Position numbers and translations under genes: made by a program. Shown here piece by piece: positions 1 to 11,109 of a stretch of 64,000 nucleotides of DNA; the stretch's first letter is position 1; each line of letters opens with the position of its first letter. The notes under the pieces were generated by a model. That model saw only the letters and a list, made by a program, of their open reading frames with translations. It made no database searches and had not been told where the DNA came from. The stretch covers positions 2,048,001 through 2,112,000 of the forward strand of contig OY970393.1 of assembly GCA_963720465.1 (NCBI GenBank). Direction: 5' to 3'. This DNA is from Methanobacteriota archaeon. GTDB taxonomy: Archaea > Halobacteriota > Bog-38 > Methanoflorentales > Methanoflorentaceae.

Positions 1-92
1 CTCAATCTCTTTAAAGGCATTTTAGACACGTAAGCAGTTGCGCCGTCGTCTCTGCAGTTTTGAAAGTCATCGATCGCAGCGAGTAGTCCCGC

Positions 93-1681
93 CTACCGGA
101 GTGCTTTGGTCATATACGGACCTTCCCTAGCGTAGCCTTTGCTGCGATAGTACTCGCGTATCCGACCGCGCTGGTTATCGCGATCTTGCGCCTCCCGAAA
201 TCAGCTGCGATGCATTCAGCGGTTCGAAGCAGTTCAGCCCCAAATCCGCGGTGTTGCCACTTTTCCTCGTGCCGCTCCCCAAGCGCAGCCAAGTTCCCGT
301 ATACGTGCAGCTCTCTGATCAGCGCCGTTTCATTTGTAATCTCGGGCCTATCAGAAGTGTGCGGAATCCTTAGTCTTGCGAAGCCGATAAGGAACTCCAA
401 ATCGCCACGTAAGCCGACGCTTGAAATAAAGTACTCAACGCCCTTACATGCCCTGTATTTTTCAATCCGTTGTTCGACGGCTTCAACGTTGGTAATGCCT
501 TGGAGTCCAACCTCTCGACATCGTATGCAGTTACATTCGCCCCCTAGTTCGCGCAAACGCTTTTTGGCTAGTTGTCGCAAGTTGCCCTTTTTGACGCCGT
601 CGACGATTCGGTGAGCTGGGATATCTCTCTGCACCCTCTGGAGCCTCACCCATTTGGGGACCTCTGCTTTGACTTGCGCGATCAGTTCAACGGCATCGCG
701 AAGATCAAAGGCATCGTACTCTCCCCTTTTCCACAAGTCGTATAACGGGGTGCCCTCCGTCACAAGCGTCGGATATATCTTGAGGTAGTCCGGGCAGAAT
801 CGTTCGTCGATGAATAAGTCTCTAAACATCTTAAGATCAGAATCAAAATCTGAGCCCGGAAGTCCGGGCATAATGTGGAACCCGACCTTCAATCCGCTAT
901 CGCGGCACGCCCTATTTGCTTCAACAGCAGCGGCAACGCTATGTCCTCGCTCCATAGTGGCGAGGATTCGATCGGAGGTACTCTGAAGGCCGAGCTCGAC
1001 TTTAGTCGCTCCAAGGGACAACATTCCATCGACGTGATGCCGTTTTGCAAAATCTGGCCGGGTTTCAAACGTGATGCCAACGTCTCTCGTCGATGCGTGC
1101 TCATTTGCCGTGAACACCTGGTCTAATTCGTGAGACTCGCCGAGCGCGCGAGGAAAATCGTTCATTGCTTGTATGCAACGTCGCACAAACCACTCTTGAT
1201 AATCGCCGGGACGTGCGGTAAAGGTGCCCCCCATAACGATCAGTTCTGCCTTGTCAGTGGGATGTCCAGTCTGACGCAACTGGTTGAGACGGGCTTTTAC
1301 CTGCCTGTATGGATCAAACCCGTGTTGGATAGCACGCATTGCAGCGGGCTCAAGACCAGTGTAGCTTTGAGGCACGCTGAATTCAGGGCCACCGGGACAC
1401 GGCACGCATTTGCCGTGCGGACACGGATAAGGGGAAGTCATCACGGCTATGACAGCAACGCCGGAGGCCGTTCTCACGGGCTTCCGCTGTAGCACGTCGA
1501 CCACTTTACGCCGAATTGGGGCCCGTGCAGTTCCGTAGATTTGCGCGTTAGTCAGCAACGAGGACAGATGGTAGCGTCGTGCTACCGCTATTTTTGCTGC
1601 CTGCAAGTTCGCGCGCGTGACCTCGCCTGTGAGAATGCCCTCGATGATTTCCACACAGGCGTCAGTAAGTTGCTGCACCAT
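93..1681 (-). CDS. elp3: Elp3 tRNA U34 acetyltransferase (radical SAM + GNAT), with an apparent 1-nt frameshift near 162
   Basis: CPHGKCVPCPGG radical SAM motif, YLKIYPT, IRELHVYG and WQHRGFG motifs. The canonical tail (IREYYRSKGYAREGPYMTKALR*) continues in another frame to TAG at 93-95. Confidence 0.93.
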
Positions 1682-1775
1682 AGACGACCACTGACAGGTA
1701 ATGCGGCCGGTTAATAAAACTCTCGGTAGTCTGCTGCCTTCAGCTTAAGCGTCGTTGCAAAAAAGTTAGAGGCAT

Positions 1776-2327
1776 TTACGCTCCAAGCGAGCTCCAGAGC
1801 TCGTGGTGCGTGAAGCGACTAGGCTCCATTCGCACCGTAGGCTGAGGCGACTCGTCGGGGTATCCGCTCGGCAGCATCAGCACAGGACGAATGTCGAGTG
1901 GTATTTTCAACGCCTGAGAAACACGTTTTTCATCGAACGCACCGATCCAGCACGTTGCAATGCGCAAAGCTTCGGCCGCAAGCTGTACGTAGCAGGCGGC
2001 AATGGTGACGTCTTGGACTGCATAAAGCTCAGCACGCTGTCCATACGCTATGCGCGAGCGCGCAATATTGGCGCAGCCAACGAGCACGATCGGGGCCATC
2101 GCGATAAAGAACTGGCCGTACGCCGCCTCAGCGAGTTCGTGTTTCGTGTTAGGATCACGGACAAGAATGAAGTCCCGTGCTTGCAAGTTGCCAGCGGAAG
2201 GCGCGAGCTGGGCTGCCTTAAGAAGCTTGTCCAACAGCGCGTCGTTAATAGTCTCTCGTCCATACCGTCTCACAGAGCGCCGTCTTTGCATGACGTCCAT
2301 TATGGTGTCGTAGTCGGGGGCGACCAT
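1776..2327 (-). CDS. Nitroreductase family protein
   Basis: RRSVRRY, APSAGNLQ, TCWIGAFDE and GYP motifs. Confidence 0.9.
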   Translation of the reverse strand: MVAPDYDTIMDVMQRRRSVRRYGRETINDALLDKLLKAAQLAPSAGNLQARDFILVRDPNTKHELAEAAYGQFFIAMAPIVLVGCANIARSRIAYGQRAELYAVQDVTIAACYVQLAAEALRIATCWIGAFDEKRVSQALKIPLDIRPVLMLPSGYPDESPQPTVRMEPSRFTHHELWSSLGA

Positions 2328-2383
2328 GGAAAAGGGTTATTAGATCAATGCATTATTAATATAACCAAGTTTGGAGTCAGAAC

Positions 2384-2914
2384 ATGAGAATTTCGATGGA
2401 TTTGGAGCTAAAAGACACGCCAGGTCAACTTATGCACGTGTTAACTCCCATTTCCGACCTCGGCGGGAACATCACGAGCGTCGTTCACCACCACGACAAA
2501 AAAACGTTTCGTAATACCGTTCCTGTTTCTGTGATTCTTGAGATTGACGAACAGACGCTTGGGGAACTTCAGGATGGGCTTGAACAAAACGGCGTTACGA
2601 TCGTCCGGGTAGGCAAAATGAGGCTTCGGGCCACGACGCACATCTTGCTCATCGGTCACATAATTCATACCGATTTAAGGGAAACGATCGATGAAATTGA
2701 CGGTACAGGTTTTGCGGAGGTTCAAGACCTCAGTCTGTCAATGCCTGCCATCGACGGCCCGTCGTCAGCGGTTATCACAATAATGGCGACCGGAGATGAG
2801 GAACTGAAGAAGTCAATCGGGATTCTCAGACAGATCGCTGAGCGCAAGGACCTGCTCGTTATCGAACCGCTAGATGAGCGAGGATCACCGGGAGGCACGA
2901 GCAATGGGGAATAG
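2384..2914 (+). CDS. ACT-domain amino acid-binding protein associated with homoserine dehydrogenase
   Basis: LELKDTPGQL...GGNITSVVH ACT signature. Directly upstream of and overlapping hom. Confidence 0.85.
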   Translation: MRISMDLELKDTPGQLMHVLTPISDLGGNITSVVHHHDKKTFRNTVPVSVILEIDEQTLGELQDGLEQNGVTIVRVGKMRLRATTHILLIGHIIHTDLRETIDEIDGTGFAEVQDLSLSMPAIDGPSSAVITIMATGDEELKKSIGILRQIAERKDLLVIEPLDERGSPGGTSNGE

Positions 2915-3878
2915 TCTATCTCCCCTCACACTTTCCATCATTGGATTCGGGGCAATAGGGCAAGGAGTCGCCACCATCGTGCAAAACGTGCCTCAGATAA
3001 AAGTCGTGGCAATCGCCGATTCAAAAGGGGTTGCCCTCATGCCTGATTTAAACGACGTTCTTGCACGTAAACGAGGCGGTCAGCCCATTGCGAACTCTAA
3101 TCTGACGGCGCTCGACGTGATACGCACCATTGACCACGACGTCGTTGTGGAGGTAACTCCTACGAATATCCACGGCGGTGAACCGGGATTAACACACGTG
3201 CGAGAAGCGCTTAAAAACAAGCGAAACGTTGTTACCTCGAACAAAGGGCCACTGGTAGCCGCCTTTGATGAACTGACGCAACTTGCCGATACGAATGGGG
3301 TCGCGCTGCGGTACGAGGCGACCGTCGGCGGCGCAATGCCAATTGTTAACCTCATACGCGACACTCTCGCAGGCGCTCGAGTGCTCGACATACGGGGGGT
3401 ACTGAATGGCACGTGCAATTACATACTCACCCGAATGGCCGAGGAGGCGCTCGATTACGATCAAGTCTTGAGCGAAGCCCAGGATATGGGCATAGCGGAA
3501 GCGGATCCCACGTATGACGTAACAGGCATCGACACGGCCTGTAAGGTTGTCATCCTGGCCAATGCGTTTTTTGGTCGCAGCGCCACTTTCGAGGACGTTG
3601 ACGTAACAGGCATCGATAGCATCACGCAAGATGCGCTGCAACTAGCCCGGCAGAGAGGCTTTGCCGTGAAACTTGTAGGTGACGTCCAAGAGCTTACGGT
3701 CTCGCCCAAGCTGGTTCCGATAGGGCACCCTCTCAACGTTAGCGGCACGTTGAACGCAGCGTCAATTCTAACCGATACCGCCGGCGAAATTACCGTCGCC
3801 GGAAAAGGCGCGGGATCGATAGAGACAGCAAGCGCCATACTGAGTGACATTCTGAGTGTTATGCGAGACCGCGGTTAG
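2904..3878 (+). CDS. hom: Homoserine dehydrogenase
   Basis: GFGAIG Rossmann motif, VTSNKGP, YEATVGGAMP, NGTCNYIL, EADPTYDVTGID, GAGSIETASA. Start placed at the ATG at 2904. Confidence 0.95.
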   Translation: MGNSLSPLTLSIIGFGAIGQGVATIVQNVPQIKVVAIADSKGVALMPDLNDVLARKRGGQPIANSNLTALDVIRTIDHDVVVEVTPTNIHGGEPGLTHVREALKNKRNVVTSNKGPLVAAFDELTQLADTNGVALRYEATVGGAMPIVNLIRDTLAGARVLDIRGVLNGTCNYILTRMAEEALDYDQVLSEAQDMGIAEADPTYDVTGIDTACKVVILANAFFGRSATFEDVDVTGIDSITQDALQLARQRGFAVKLVGDVQELTVSPKLVPIGHPLNVSGTLNAASILTDTAGEITVAGKGAGSIETASAILSDILSVMRDRG

Positions 3879-3910
3879 CGTGTTGCAGGTAGGTCGGTTG
3901 CTCGTCAAAA

Positions 3911-5077
3911 TCACTTGTCGCTCAGACTGGACAAACTAGGCTGCTCGAGTGACGGCTGTTGCCCCCTTTTTACGAGCGAAGATATACCAATACCAGTTAA
4001 AGCTACAACGATAGCGCCAGCAATAGAAAACATGAGCAGCTGGAAGCCAGTGACGATCGGGATGCTCCGTGAAGTCTGTATAATGAGGACGTCAGTGGGA
4101 TTGAGGACAGGGACTGGCTTCCCTCCTAGGGCTAGGATGAGTATGCTAGCGCTCCACAAGATCAGACCGGTTGAAAAGATGAAGAAAGGAATCTCCAAGT
4201 ATCGCCACACGTTTTTCGCGTCGTTCAGGTAAGCGTCGATCACCCGGCCTATGCTCGCGATGACCGCTGCGGCCACATACCACCATGCGGTGGTGTTAAT
4301 AAAGGCCGCTGCGGCGAGAACTCCGCCGTAAGCAGCGACACCCAAACCTAAGGTCGTGATGATACCTTGTGCGGTCGCAATGATCGCTAAGGCGATTGCG
4401 ACTATATAGGTCACGAACGAGATACTGCCTCCGTAAAACGAAGACTTCACGCTTTGAGCAACGCCTACGAGAACGTCGTCGAGGCCAAGCCCTCGAAAGA
4501 GAAGATACACGCCAATGACTGCGCTTATCACAATCAAAGCATATTCGGGGTGCTGAGCAAGAGAGAATATCGCAAATAATAATAATATCAGTCCGACAGG
4601 TATGAAAATGGCGTTCGCAATCTTCGGATCTTCGAATAGTTTCTTGATGGTGTAATAGGTACTCTCGAGGCTTTCAGACTGGCGTATGACCACGCGCTTT
4701 ACGCCATCAAGTTTTATCCGGGATTGAACTATAGGGAGAATAAACTCGTCTTCGGCGCCGTCTGAAACGATGATAACGCTGGTCGCTTTGACCTCTTTGA
4801 GCACGAGGTCAAGCTGTTGAGACAGGATCTGATCTGATTTTAAGCCAACGTCTGTATTGCCGGATATGGACGCGATCTGAGCATCTATTCCTTGTGACTT
4901 CAAATCATCATAAACACGGATGCCTTCAAAAATGGCGTTGATATCGGAATCTTCGGGGTCGGTCAATCCGAGCTGTAACGCGGCATTCATGTCGTCAGCT
5001 CGGCCGATAATCGGACCTGGAAGGTGCGCTTTCGACCCCAGATCATCGTCACGATCAATGCACAGGACTAGTTTCAT
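3911..5077 (-). CDS. DUF373 family membrane protein
   Basis: LVLCIDRDDDLG, DPEDSDIN, SDGAEDE and QSESLESTYY, followed by multiple transmembrane segments. Confidence 0.9.
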   Translation of the reverse strand: MKLVLCIDRDDDLGSKAHLPGPIIGRADDMNAALQLGLTDPEDSDINAIFEGIRVYDDLKSQGIDAQIASISGNTDVGLKSDQILSQQLDLVLKEVKATSVIIVSDGAEDEFILPIVQSRIKLDGVKRVVIRQSESLESTYYTIKKLFEDPKIANAIFIPVGLILLLFAIFSLAQHPEYALIVISAVIGVYLLFRGLGLDDVLVGVAQSVKSSFYGGSISFVTYIVAIALAIIATAQGIITTLGLGVAAYGGVLAAAAFINTTAWWYVAAAVIASIGRVIDAYLNDAKNVWRYLEIPFFIFSTGLILWSASILILALGGKPVPVLNPTDVLIIQTSRSIPIVTGFQLLMFSIAGAIVVALTGIGISSLVKRGQQPSLEQPSLSSLSDK

Positions 5078-5104
5078 TCTTGCCTATATGGTCGTCGCTA
5101 AAGT

Positions 5105-5965
5105 CTACAGCAGCCCGGAACGCTGGAGCAAGAGGAGATCGTCGGTTTCGAGTTTTTGCCCGTCTTTAAACATTGCGTAGACCTCTTCTGCGCGTTTAAG
5201 CACGTCGACCTTCTCGCGCGATTGGCGGGCTTCTTTGGACCGTTTTTTGAGACTTGATATAATTTTGTCGTAGTCTCTTAACTCCTTTTCCATCTTGATA
5301 TACTTCTGATGCTGTTCGTCCGCACTCTCCTGTGCACGCACGAACTCCTTATGTGCGGCATCCGCCTCAGCTCGTACCTTATCTGCTTCCTTGAAGCACT
5401 TGAGCATCTTTTCGTGGCATTCCTGCGCGCGGTCTGCGTTATCCGTTAGCTCCTTGTGGAATTCACTCGCTTCGTCTCGAAGCTTCCGTGCCTTTTCCAG
5501 TGCCTCCTTGAGTTCGGCGTTATTCTCGAGCTCGACTCGCTTCTTTCTATATTCCTCCCAGAGGTGCGCAATACGTTCGACAAGCTCGCGCTCCTTTTCC
5601 GTGCTTATGACCTCGGTCTGCTGCCTAAACTCAAGATGGTCAATTTCGCGCTTGAGCTCGCCTAGCGACAGGCCGCCTGCGACTCTGAATTTTCTTTTAA
5701 TTTGGTCCGCTTTTGCGAGCAGGTTGTTTGCCGTCTCATTGAGGCTATCGCGTTTCTCCTTGTTCTCAGAAACGAGCTTGTTGTACTCATCGCGCTTGTC
5801 CTTGCTCTGTTGTGCACTATCTATCAGCGCGCGGGTCTTCGCATTCAACTCATCACGTTTCGCAGCGAATTGACTTGCTTCTGTGTTGAGCCGGTTTCGC
5901 TCAAGCTTCGAGGTGTCGGCTTCTTTTTTTAGCAGCGCTTTCTTCTCTTGTAACTCTTTCAGCAT
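5105..5965 (-). CDS. Archaeal coiled-coil protein (COG1340-like)
   Basis: E/K-rich heptad sequence, LEFRQQT and C-terminal KLETDDLLLLQ. GGAGG RBS upstream. Confidence 0.85.
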   Translation of the reverse strand: MLKELQEKKALLKKEADTSKLERNRLNTEASQFAAKRDELNAKTRALIDSAQQSKDKRDEYNKLVSENKEKRDSLNETANNLLAKADQIKRKFRVAGGLSLGELKREIDHLEFRQQTEVISTEKERELVERIAHLWEEYRKKRVELENNAELKEALEKARKLRDEASEFHKELTDNADRAQECHEKMLKCFKEADKVRAEADAAHKEFVRAQESADEQHQKYIKMEKELRDYDKIISSLKKRSKEARQSREKVDVLKRAEEVYAMFKDGQKLETDDLLLLQRSGLL

Positions 5966-6647
5966 ACGCCCCTCCCCTGATTACAGGTAATATCAAGCTG
6001 AGATCCTTCTTTGTGATTATGACGTCTGAAATATCGTATAGAATTGGATTTGCGTTGAATGCTATCGAAAACCCCGAAGCTTCAAACATTGAGATGTCGT
6101 TTGCGCCGTCTCCTATAACGATGCAGTCTTTTGGTCGTATTCCCTCCCTCTTAGCAATCGCTTCCAGCGCGTCTTTTTTTGAATTTTGGCGCACTAGCGG
6201 TCCAACAACCTCGCCAGTCAAAACGCCGTCTTCTATGACGAGTTTGTTTGCCACTAGGCAGTCGATTTTGAGTTCTTGAGCTACCCTTTCGGCAACTATC
6301 GTAAAGCCTCCGGAAACCATTGCAACCTTATACTCTTTTTTCAACTCGCGTATGAGCTTTTTAGCCCCTTTCATAAGAGGGATGTTTAAGGCTACCTTGT
6401 TAACCTCCTCCACCCTGAGACCTTTTAAGAGCTTTACGCGTTCTCGTAAAGCCTCTTCAAAATCCATCTCTCCCATCATGGCGCGCTTCGTGAGCGCTGC
6501 CACGAGGTCTCCGACATTGGCAGCTTTGGCTATTTCATCGATTGCCTCAGCATCGATGAGCGTGCCATCCATATCAAAAACGATCAGTATTGCACTTCCG
6601 TTGAAAAATAATCTACCACGCGGGGAATTGATAGGCTCCGAGCTCAT
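5901..6647 (-). CDS. serB: Phosphoserine phosphatase SerB (HAD family); start uncertain
   Basis: FDMDGTL, SGGF, K and GDGAND HAD motifs. Overlaps glyA and the coiled-coil gene. Confidence 0.88.
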   Translation of the reverse strand: MSSEPINSPRGRLFFNGSAILIVFDMDGTLIDAEAIDEIAKAANVGDLVAALTKRAMMGEMDFEEALRERVKLLKGLRVEEVNKVALNIPLMKGAKKLIRELKKEYKVAMVSGGFTIVAERVAQELKIDCLVANKLVIEDGVLTGEVVGPLVRQNSKKDALEAIAKREGIRPKDCIVIGDGANDISMFEASGFSIAFNANPILYDISDVIITKKDLSLILPVIRGGAYAERVTREESAAKKRSRHLEA

Positions 6648-7866
6648 GGCTGAAGCAGTATTCGACCTCCTGGTAGTCATTTTTAAACTCTACCACATCT
6701 TTTTTAACCTTTTCGGGTGCCTCGCCGTTCAGCACGCGCGTGATAAGGTTTGCTACGACCCGCATCTCCGCTTCTTTCATCCCGAGTCGCGCAAGCTCTT
6801 GCGTTCCAAATCGCAGTCCTGAGGGATTCTCTGGGGCATTATGATCGTCCCAGGGTAGCAGATTCTTGTTGGCAATGATGTTTGCCTTTTCCAGAGCAAC
6901 CGCCACAGAACTCGCGCGCCCCACGTCCATTACGATTTGATGGGACTCTGTGAAGTCTTTTTCAGGGCATAGCACGTTGAATCCGCTGTTGTACAGCGCC
7001 GCTCCGAGCGCCTTTGCATTTTTGATCGTCTGCTGAGCATACGCTTTCCCGAATTCGAGCATCTCGACGAGCGTGACCGCTAGCCCAGCGACGTGATGCA
7101 GGTGGTGGTTGCTTACGGTACCCGGAAACACTGCCTCATCGATCGCGTCGGCTAGCGCGTTTGTCGAAAAGATGATGCCGCCTTGAGGCCCAGGGAACGT
7201 CTTGTGTGTGGAACCAGTCATTACGTCAACACCTTCTCTAAGCGGGTCCTGAAACTGCTCGCCCGCAATGAGACCAAGAACGTGCGCAGAATCGTACACA
7301 ATTGCCGCGCCAACTTCGCGCGCGGCTTCGCGCGCGTCTTGGATTGGGTGTGGAAAGAGAAATAGACTCGCCCCAAAAAGTATGATTTTGGGTTTCTTTT
7401 CATAAATCGTAGCGATCATCGCATCGCTGTCGATATTCATCTCTTCGTAGTCGAATGGATGTTTCACAATCCTGAGATGACGGATACCCGCAACTGACTT
7501 CGCTCCGTGGCTGATGTGCCCACCGTGCGAAGTATCAAGCGCCATGAGTGCATCATTTGGGTTTGAAAGGGCAAAAAATGCGGCAATGTTTGCGTTTACG
7601 CCAGAGATAGGCTGCACGTTGACGTGCTCGGCCTTGAACAGTTTGAGAGCCAGATCTATTGCGTCCTGTTCCACTTCGTCGATATACTTGACGCCTTGAT
7701 AATACCGGTGGCCGACCGTGCCCTCGGCATATCTGTGAGCAAAGTCGGTAGCCAGAAGCTGGCGCACGGCAGGACTGGTGATGTTCTCACTTGCGATCAA
7801 AGGGAGGGATTCGCTGAACCATTTGTGGTGCTCTCTCACCGATCGCATCACGTCCTCCACGCGCAT
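6613..7866 (-). CDS. glyA: Serine hydroxymethyltransferase
   Basis: [28 protein letters not shown] (PLP lysine) and SGLRFGT. Confidence 0.97.
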   Translation of the reverse strand: MRVEDVMRSVREHHKWFSESLPLIASENITSPAVRQLLATDFAHRYAEGTVGHRYYQGVKYIDEVEQDAIDLALKLFKAEHVNVQPISGVNANIAAFFALSNPNDALMALDTSHGGHISHGAKSVAGIRHLRIVKHPFDYEEMNIDSDAMIATIYEKKPKIILFGASLFLFPHPIQDAREAAREVGAAIVYDSAHVLGLIAGEQFQDPLREGVDVMTGSTHKTFPGPQGGIIFSTNALADAIDEAVFPGTVSNHHLHHVAGLAVTLVEMLEFGKAYAQQTIKNAKALGAALYNSGFNVLCPEKDFTESHQIVMDVGRASSVAVALEKANIIANKNLLPWDDHNAPENPSGLRFGTQELARLGMKEAEMRVVANLITRVLNGEAPEKVKKDVVEFKNDYQEVEYCFSHELGAYQFPAW

Positions 7867-8021
7867 AGCATCTACAGATTATGCGTGCCTATGATAAACT
7901 TTTCTCATACGGCGCAACCCATAGCAAGATCGAATTCGAGTTTTAAGACTTGAAAAGACGTTACTATTTATATTCGGCATTTGATACGTACGTGCACTAC
8001 ACTGCCTCCTAGTGCTCTAAG

Positions 8022-9671
8022 GTGTTCGCGATTAAACCTCTGCGCAAGTCTCTACTCATTTATGTTGCGGCCACCGTGCTGCTCGTTGTCGTATACAGCT
8101 TTGTCTTCCTTTTCTTGATGGCATCTGCTGAAGGTAGATCTTATACGGCGGTTGACGCGGTATATTGGGTGATCACGACGATGACGACGCAAGGTGTGGG
8201 AGATATCGTCTTCGTGAGCAGTATCGGCAAGATATTTGCTGTGCTTGTGGAGCTCAGCGGAATCGTACTGTTCTTTGCGATCTTGATCCCCATCGTGGTC
8301 GCGCCTGTGCTGCAAAGCGTTCGAGCATCAGTGCCGACGAAGTCAAAGGCCCAGGAGCACGTTTTGATTGTCGGTTATAGTTCTATGGTAGAGACGATTA
8401 TCGAAGAGCTTCACGAGCGGGATTTACCTTACCTCGTCATCGACGGCGACCGTGACGTCGTGCAGGCATTAGTCGAGCGGAAGATTCCCTGCATCTATGG
8501 GGATCCGAGCGATGAGGTGACCCTAAAAAACGCTCAGATAGAGCGCGCAAAGAAACTCGTGCTTAATCAGAGTGACGAAAAGAATGCCATTATAGCGCTT
8601 GTTGCAAAAAAGCTGACGCGAGCGGATATTATCGGACTTGTTGAAGACATGGCGAACGCGGCGTACTTGCTCTATGCGGGTGCTGACAAAGTCGTATCAC
8701 CTAAGCAACTCCTTGGCATCGACATTGGCCATAAAGCCGCAATGCCTATAACGCACCGGCTCATTGGCACCACTCCTTTGATTGGGTCTTTGCGGATTTT
8801 TGAGCTCCCGATTCTTGGGGAAAGCGGCCTCAACGGGTCGTCTATTGAAGACGCCAAGATACGTGAGCGAACTGGAGCGACAGTAATCGCCATATGGAAG
8901 GGCGCCAAACTCAGCTTTAATCCATCTGCTTCGGAAATCATCACAGACACGACAGTCCTCTTGCTCGTCGGCACAAAAAAGCAACTAAACGCAGCAAAGG
9001 AACTCTCAATTTGTTCGCCTGATGGCGCATACTGCGCGATCAGGGGACATTATATAGTTGCAGGATACGGCGACGTCGGAAAAAGGGTGTCCAAAGTTTT
9101 GCGTTCCAACGGCATTGAACACATCATCATCGATAAGCATCAAGGCGATGTGGTTGGTAGCTCTACAGACAGGGCAATCCTAAAACAAGCGGGGATTACC
9201 GAGGCTTCTACACTTCTCGTCACGGTCAATAGTGATACGGATGCTATCTATACAACTCTCGTCGCACGAAAACTTAACCCCCAGATTGATATTATCTGTC
9301 GTGCGATACGCCCGCAAGCAGTTGAGACGTTGTATCAAGCGGGGGCAGACTATGTGCTGTCGCAGTCCGTCGTGGCTGGCCAGGTCTTGGTAAAATTTGT
9401 CGCGCCAAGGCCGCTTGGCGCACAATTGCGGGAGGTCCTGCTCTCAGAGGACATGAAGGTTCTTGAATACCCTCCTGGTCCATCCATTGCGGGAAGAAGT
9501 CTCGAGCATCTGAAGATACGATCGCGCACCGGGTGCACAGTCGTAGCCATCACGACCAGTGGGGCGACCATACCGAACCCGGATCCGCATCAAGTTATCC
9601 CTAAAGACTCTTCTCTGACCGTCATCGGTACACGGGAGCAGATACATGAGTTCAAACGCGTTTTTGGATAA
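8022..9671 (+). CDS. 2TM potassium-channel-like protein with two RCK (TrkA-N/TrkA-C) pairs
   Basis: Pore helix YWVITTMTTQGVGD, GYSSMV and GYGDVG Rossmann motifs, two IRxRTGxTVxAI TrkA-C motifs. Confidence 0.88.
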   Translation: MFAIKPLRKSLLIYVAATVLLVVVYSFVFLFLMASAEGRSYTAVDAVYWVITTMTTQGVGDIVFVSSIGKIFAVLVELSGIVLFFAILIPIVVAPVLQSVRASVPTKSKAQEHVLIVGYSSMVETIIEELHERDLPYLVIDGDRDVVQALVERKIPCIYGDPSDEVTLKNAQIERAKKLVLNQSDEKNAIIALVAKKLTRADIIGLVEDMANAAYLLYAGADKVVSPKQLLGIDIGHKAAMPITHRLIGTTPLIGSLRIFELPILGESGLNGSSIEDAKIRERTGATVIAIWKGAKLSFNPSASEIITDTTVLLLVGTKKQLNAAKELSICSPDGAYCAIRGHYIVAGYGDVGKRVSKVLRSNGIEHIIIDKHQGDVVGSSTDRAILKQAGITEASTLLVTVNSDTDAIYTTLVARKLNPQIDIICRAIRPQAVETLYQAGADYVLSQSVVAGQVLVKFVAPRPLGAQLREVLLSEDMKVLEYPPGPSIAGRSLEHLKIRSRTGCTVVAITTSGATIPNPDPHQVIPKDSSLTVIGTREQIHEFKRVFG

Positions 9672-9796
9672 CTCTCACGAGGATGCATTAGCAACGCTAG
9701 CACCCTAAAAAGCCGTGTTATCGAATCGAGCGACGTGCATTATCTGCGTCTGTCCGAGACAAAGAGATCGAGCTAAACTGTTCGCTTGCTTGACTC

Positions 9797-9979
9797 CTAG
9801 TGACGTCGAAGCCACGCAGCGACAAAAGTTATCACGAACAATATGACAAATATTGCCACGATAAGCTCAACGGCTCCGAATGCGAGTCCCGCTATCCCGG
9901 CCAGTCCGAGCAAGTACGCAACAGCTGCGATTATCAGAAAAATAATGGCCCAATAGACCAAAGTGCCGCGCCACGCCAT
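9797..9979 (-). CDS. DUF1328/UPF0391 small membrane protein
   Basis: WAIIFLIIAAVAYLLGLAGIAG pattern. Confidence 0.8.
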   Translation of the reverse strand: MAWRGTLVYWAIIFLIIAAVAYLLGLAGIAGLAFGAVELIVAIFVILFVITFVAAWLRRH

Positions 9980-10095
9980 AATTACGCTTCCACTATTAAA
10001 TCCGCGAAACTGTATATAAGCATTGCCTTATCGATCTTACCTTACCACTCTTATGCGAAAGCGCGCACCCAGGAAGCAAGGATTTGTGCAACAGT

Positions 10096-11109
10096 TCACG
10101 GCACAAGCGGTGCACCGTAACTGAACTTCTCAAATTCCAAGACGTACTTCCATAGCAGTCGATCAGTGCAAGCCGCAGTGAACGACGTGCTGCCTTGAGA
10201 AAGCGAAAACTCCTTGATTTCTGAGACGACCTGCCGATCGCACTTGCCGCAGTTGTGCGGCCCGCGAGCTGTGCCCCCTCCTACGGGATCACAAATGATA
10301 GTAGCCATTTGTTTCACGCGCTTGAGAACTTCCACGGCGGTCCACAGCCAAGGAGGCCTATACAGCCTTTTTTTCCAAAGCCCCTCAACTAAGGTGCCTT
10401 TTTGCACGTTGCACAAGTTTAACGAGATTGTATCTGCGTGTGGGGCAGCGTCATGCGTAGATTGGATGGCGTCTTCCAAGGCTTCCAATTCTGTCAGGAA
10501 AGGTGGCTTCAGGAGCAGATAAGCCTTAACGGTCAGACCTTCAGAGTGCGCGACTTTGGACGCTCTGACGAAGTCACGAAACGTAAATCCCTTGTTGATA
10601 CAGCTATTCCGGATATCGTCGTTCGACGTTTCAAGACCGATCGCGACCTCAACGTGTCGATTGGATCTAACGACATCATCCAAAATCTCAGACGTCACGA
10701 ATTCCGGTCGGCTCTCAACAATGACCTTCGGCGTATCCGCTAACGCGGACAATATAGCGCCTCGCGCGTCGATCGGCATCTCTTCTTGATCGAGAAAGCT
10801 GCCTGAGGTGAAGAGCTTCACAATCTTAAACCGGGTGCCGTAGCGTGCAAGCACTTCGAACAGTTGCGTTTGAATATCCGAGCTTTGAGCGTCAGGATTC
10901 GAGTCAGCGATGTAGCCGCACATTGTACAGCCATCACGGCGCGCCCACGAGCAGCCTTTGGTCGTAAGAAGGATGGTGAGAGAGGGTACGATTTCGCCGT
11001 TGAGCAGATCCAAGCCGGTCCACGCGAATCGGTCGTGTGTGCGAGGGCCGCTTGTTTCTGATGCAGCCTGACGCGGATGACGCCTATGCGACGCTCGCCC
11101 TGTTTTCAT
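10096..11109 (-). CDS. raSEA: Archaeosine biosynthesis radical SAM protein RaSEA
   Basis: CSWARRDGCTMC motif, FTSGSFLD, ESRPEFV, YRPPWLW, RGPHNCGKCD. ATGA overlap with the arcS stop. Confidence 0.9.
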   Translation of the reverse strand: MKTGRASHRRHPRQAASETSGPRTHDRFAWTGLDLLNGEIVPSLTILLTTKGCSWARRDGCTMCGYIADSNPDAQSSDIQTQLFEVLARYGTRFKIVKLFTSGSFLDQEEMPIDARGAILSALADTPKVIVESRPEFVTSEILDDVVRSNRHVEVAIGLETSNDDIRNSCINKGFTFRDFVRASKVAHSEGLTVKAYLLLKPPFLTELEALEDAIQSTHDAAPHADTISLNLCNVQKGTLVEGLWKKRLYRPPWLWTAVEVLKRVKQMATIICDPVGGGTARGPHNCGKCDRQVVSEIKEFSLSQGSTSFTAACTDRLLWKYVLEFEKFSYGAPLVP

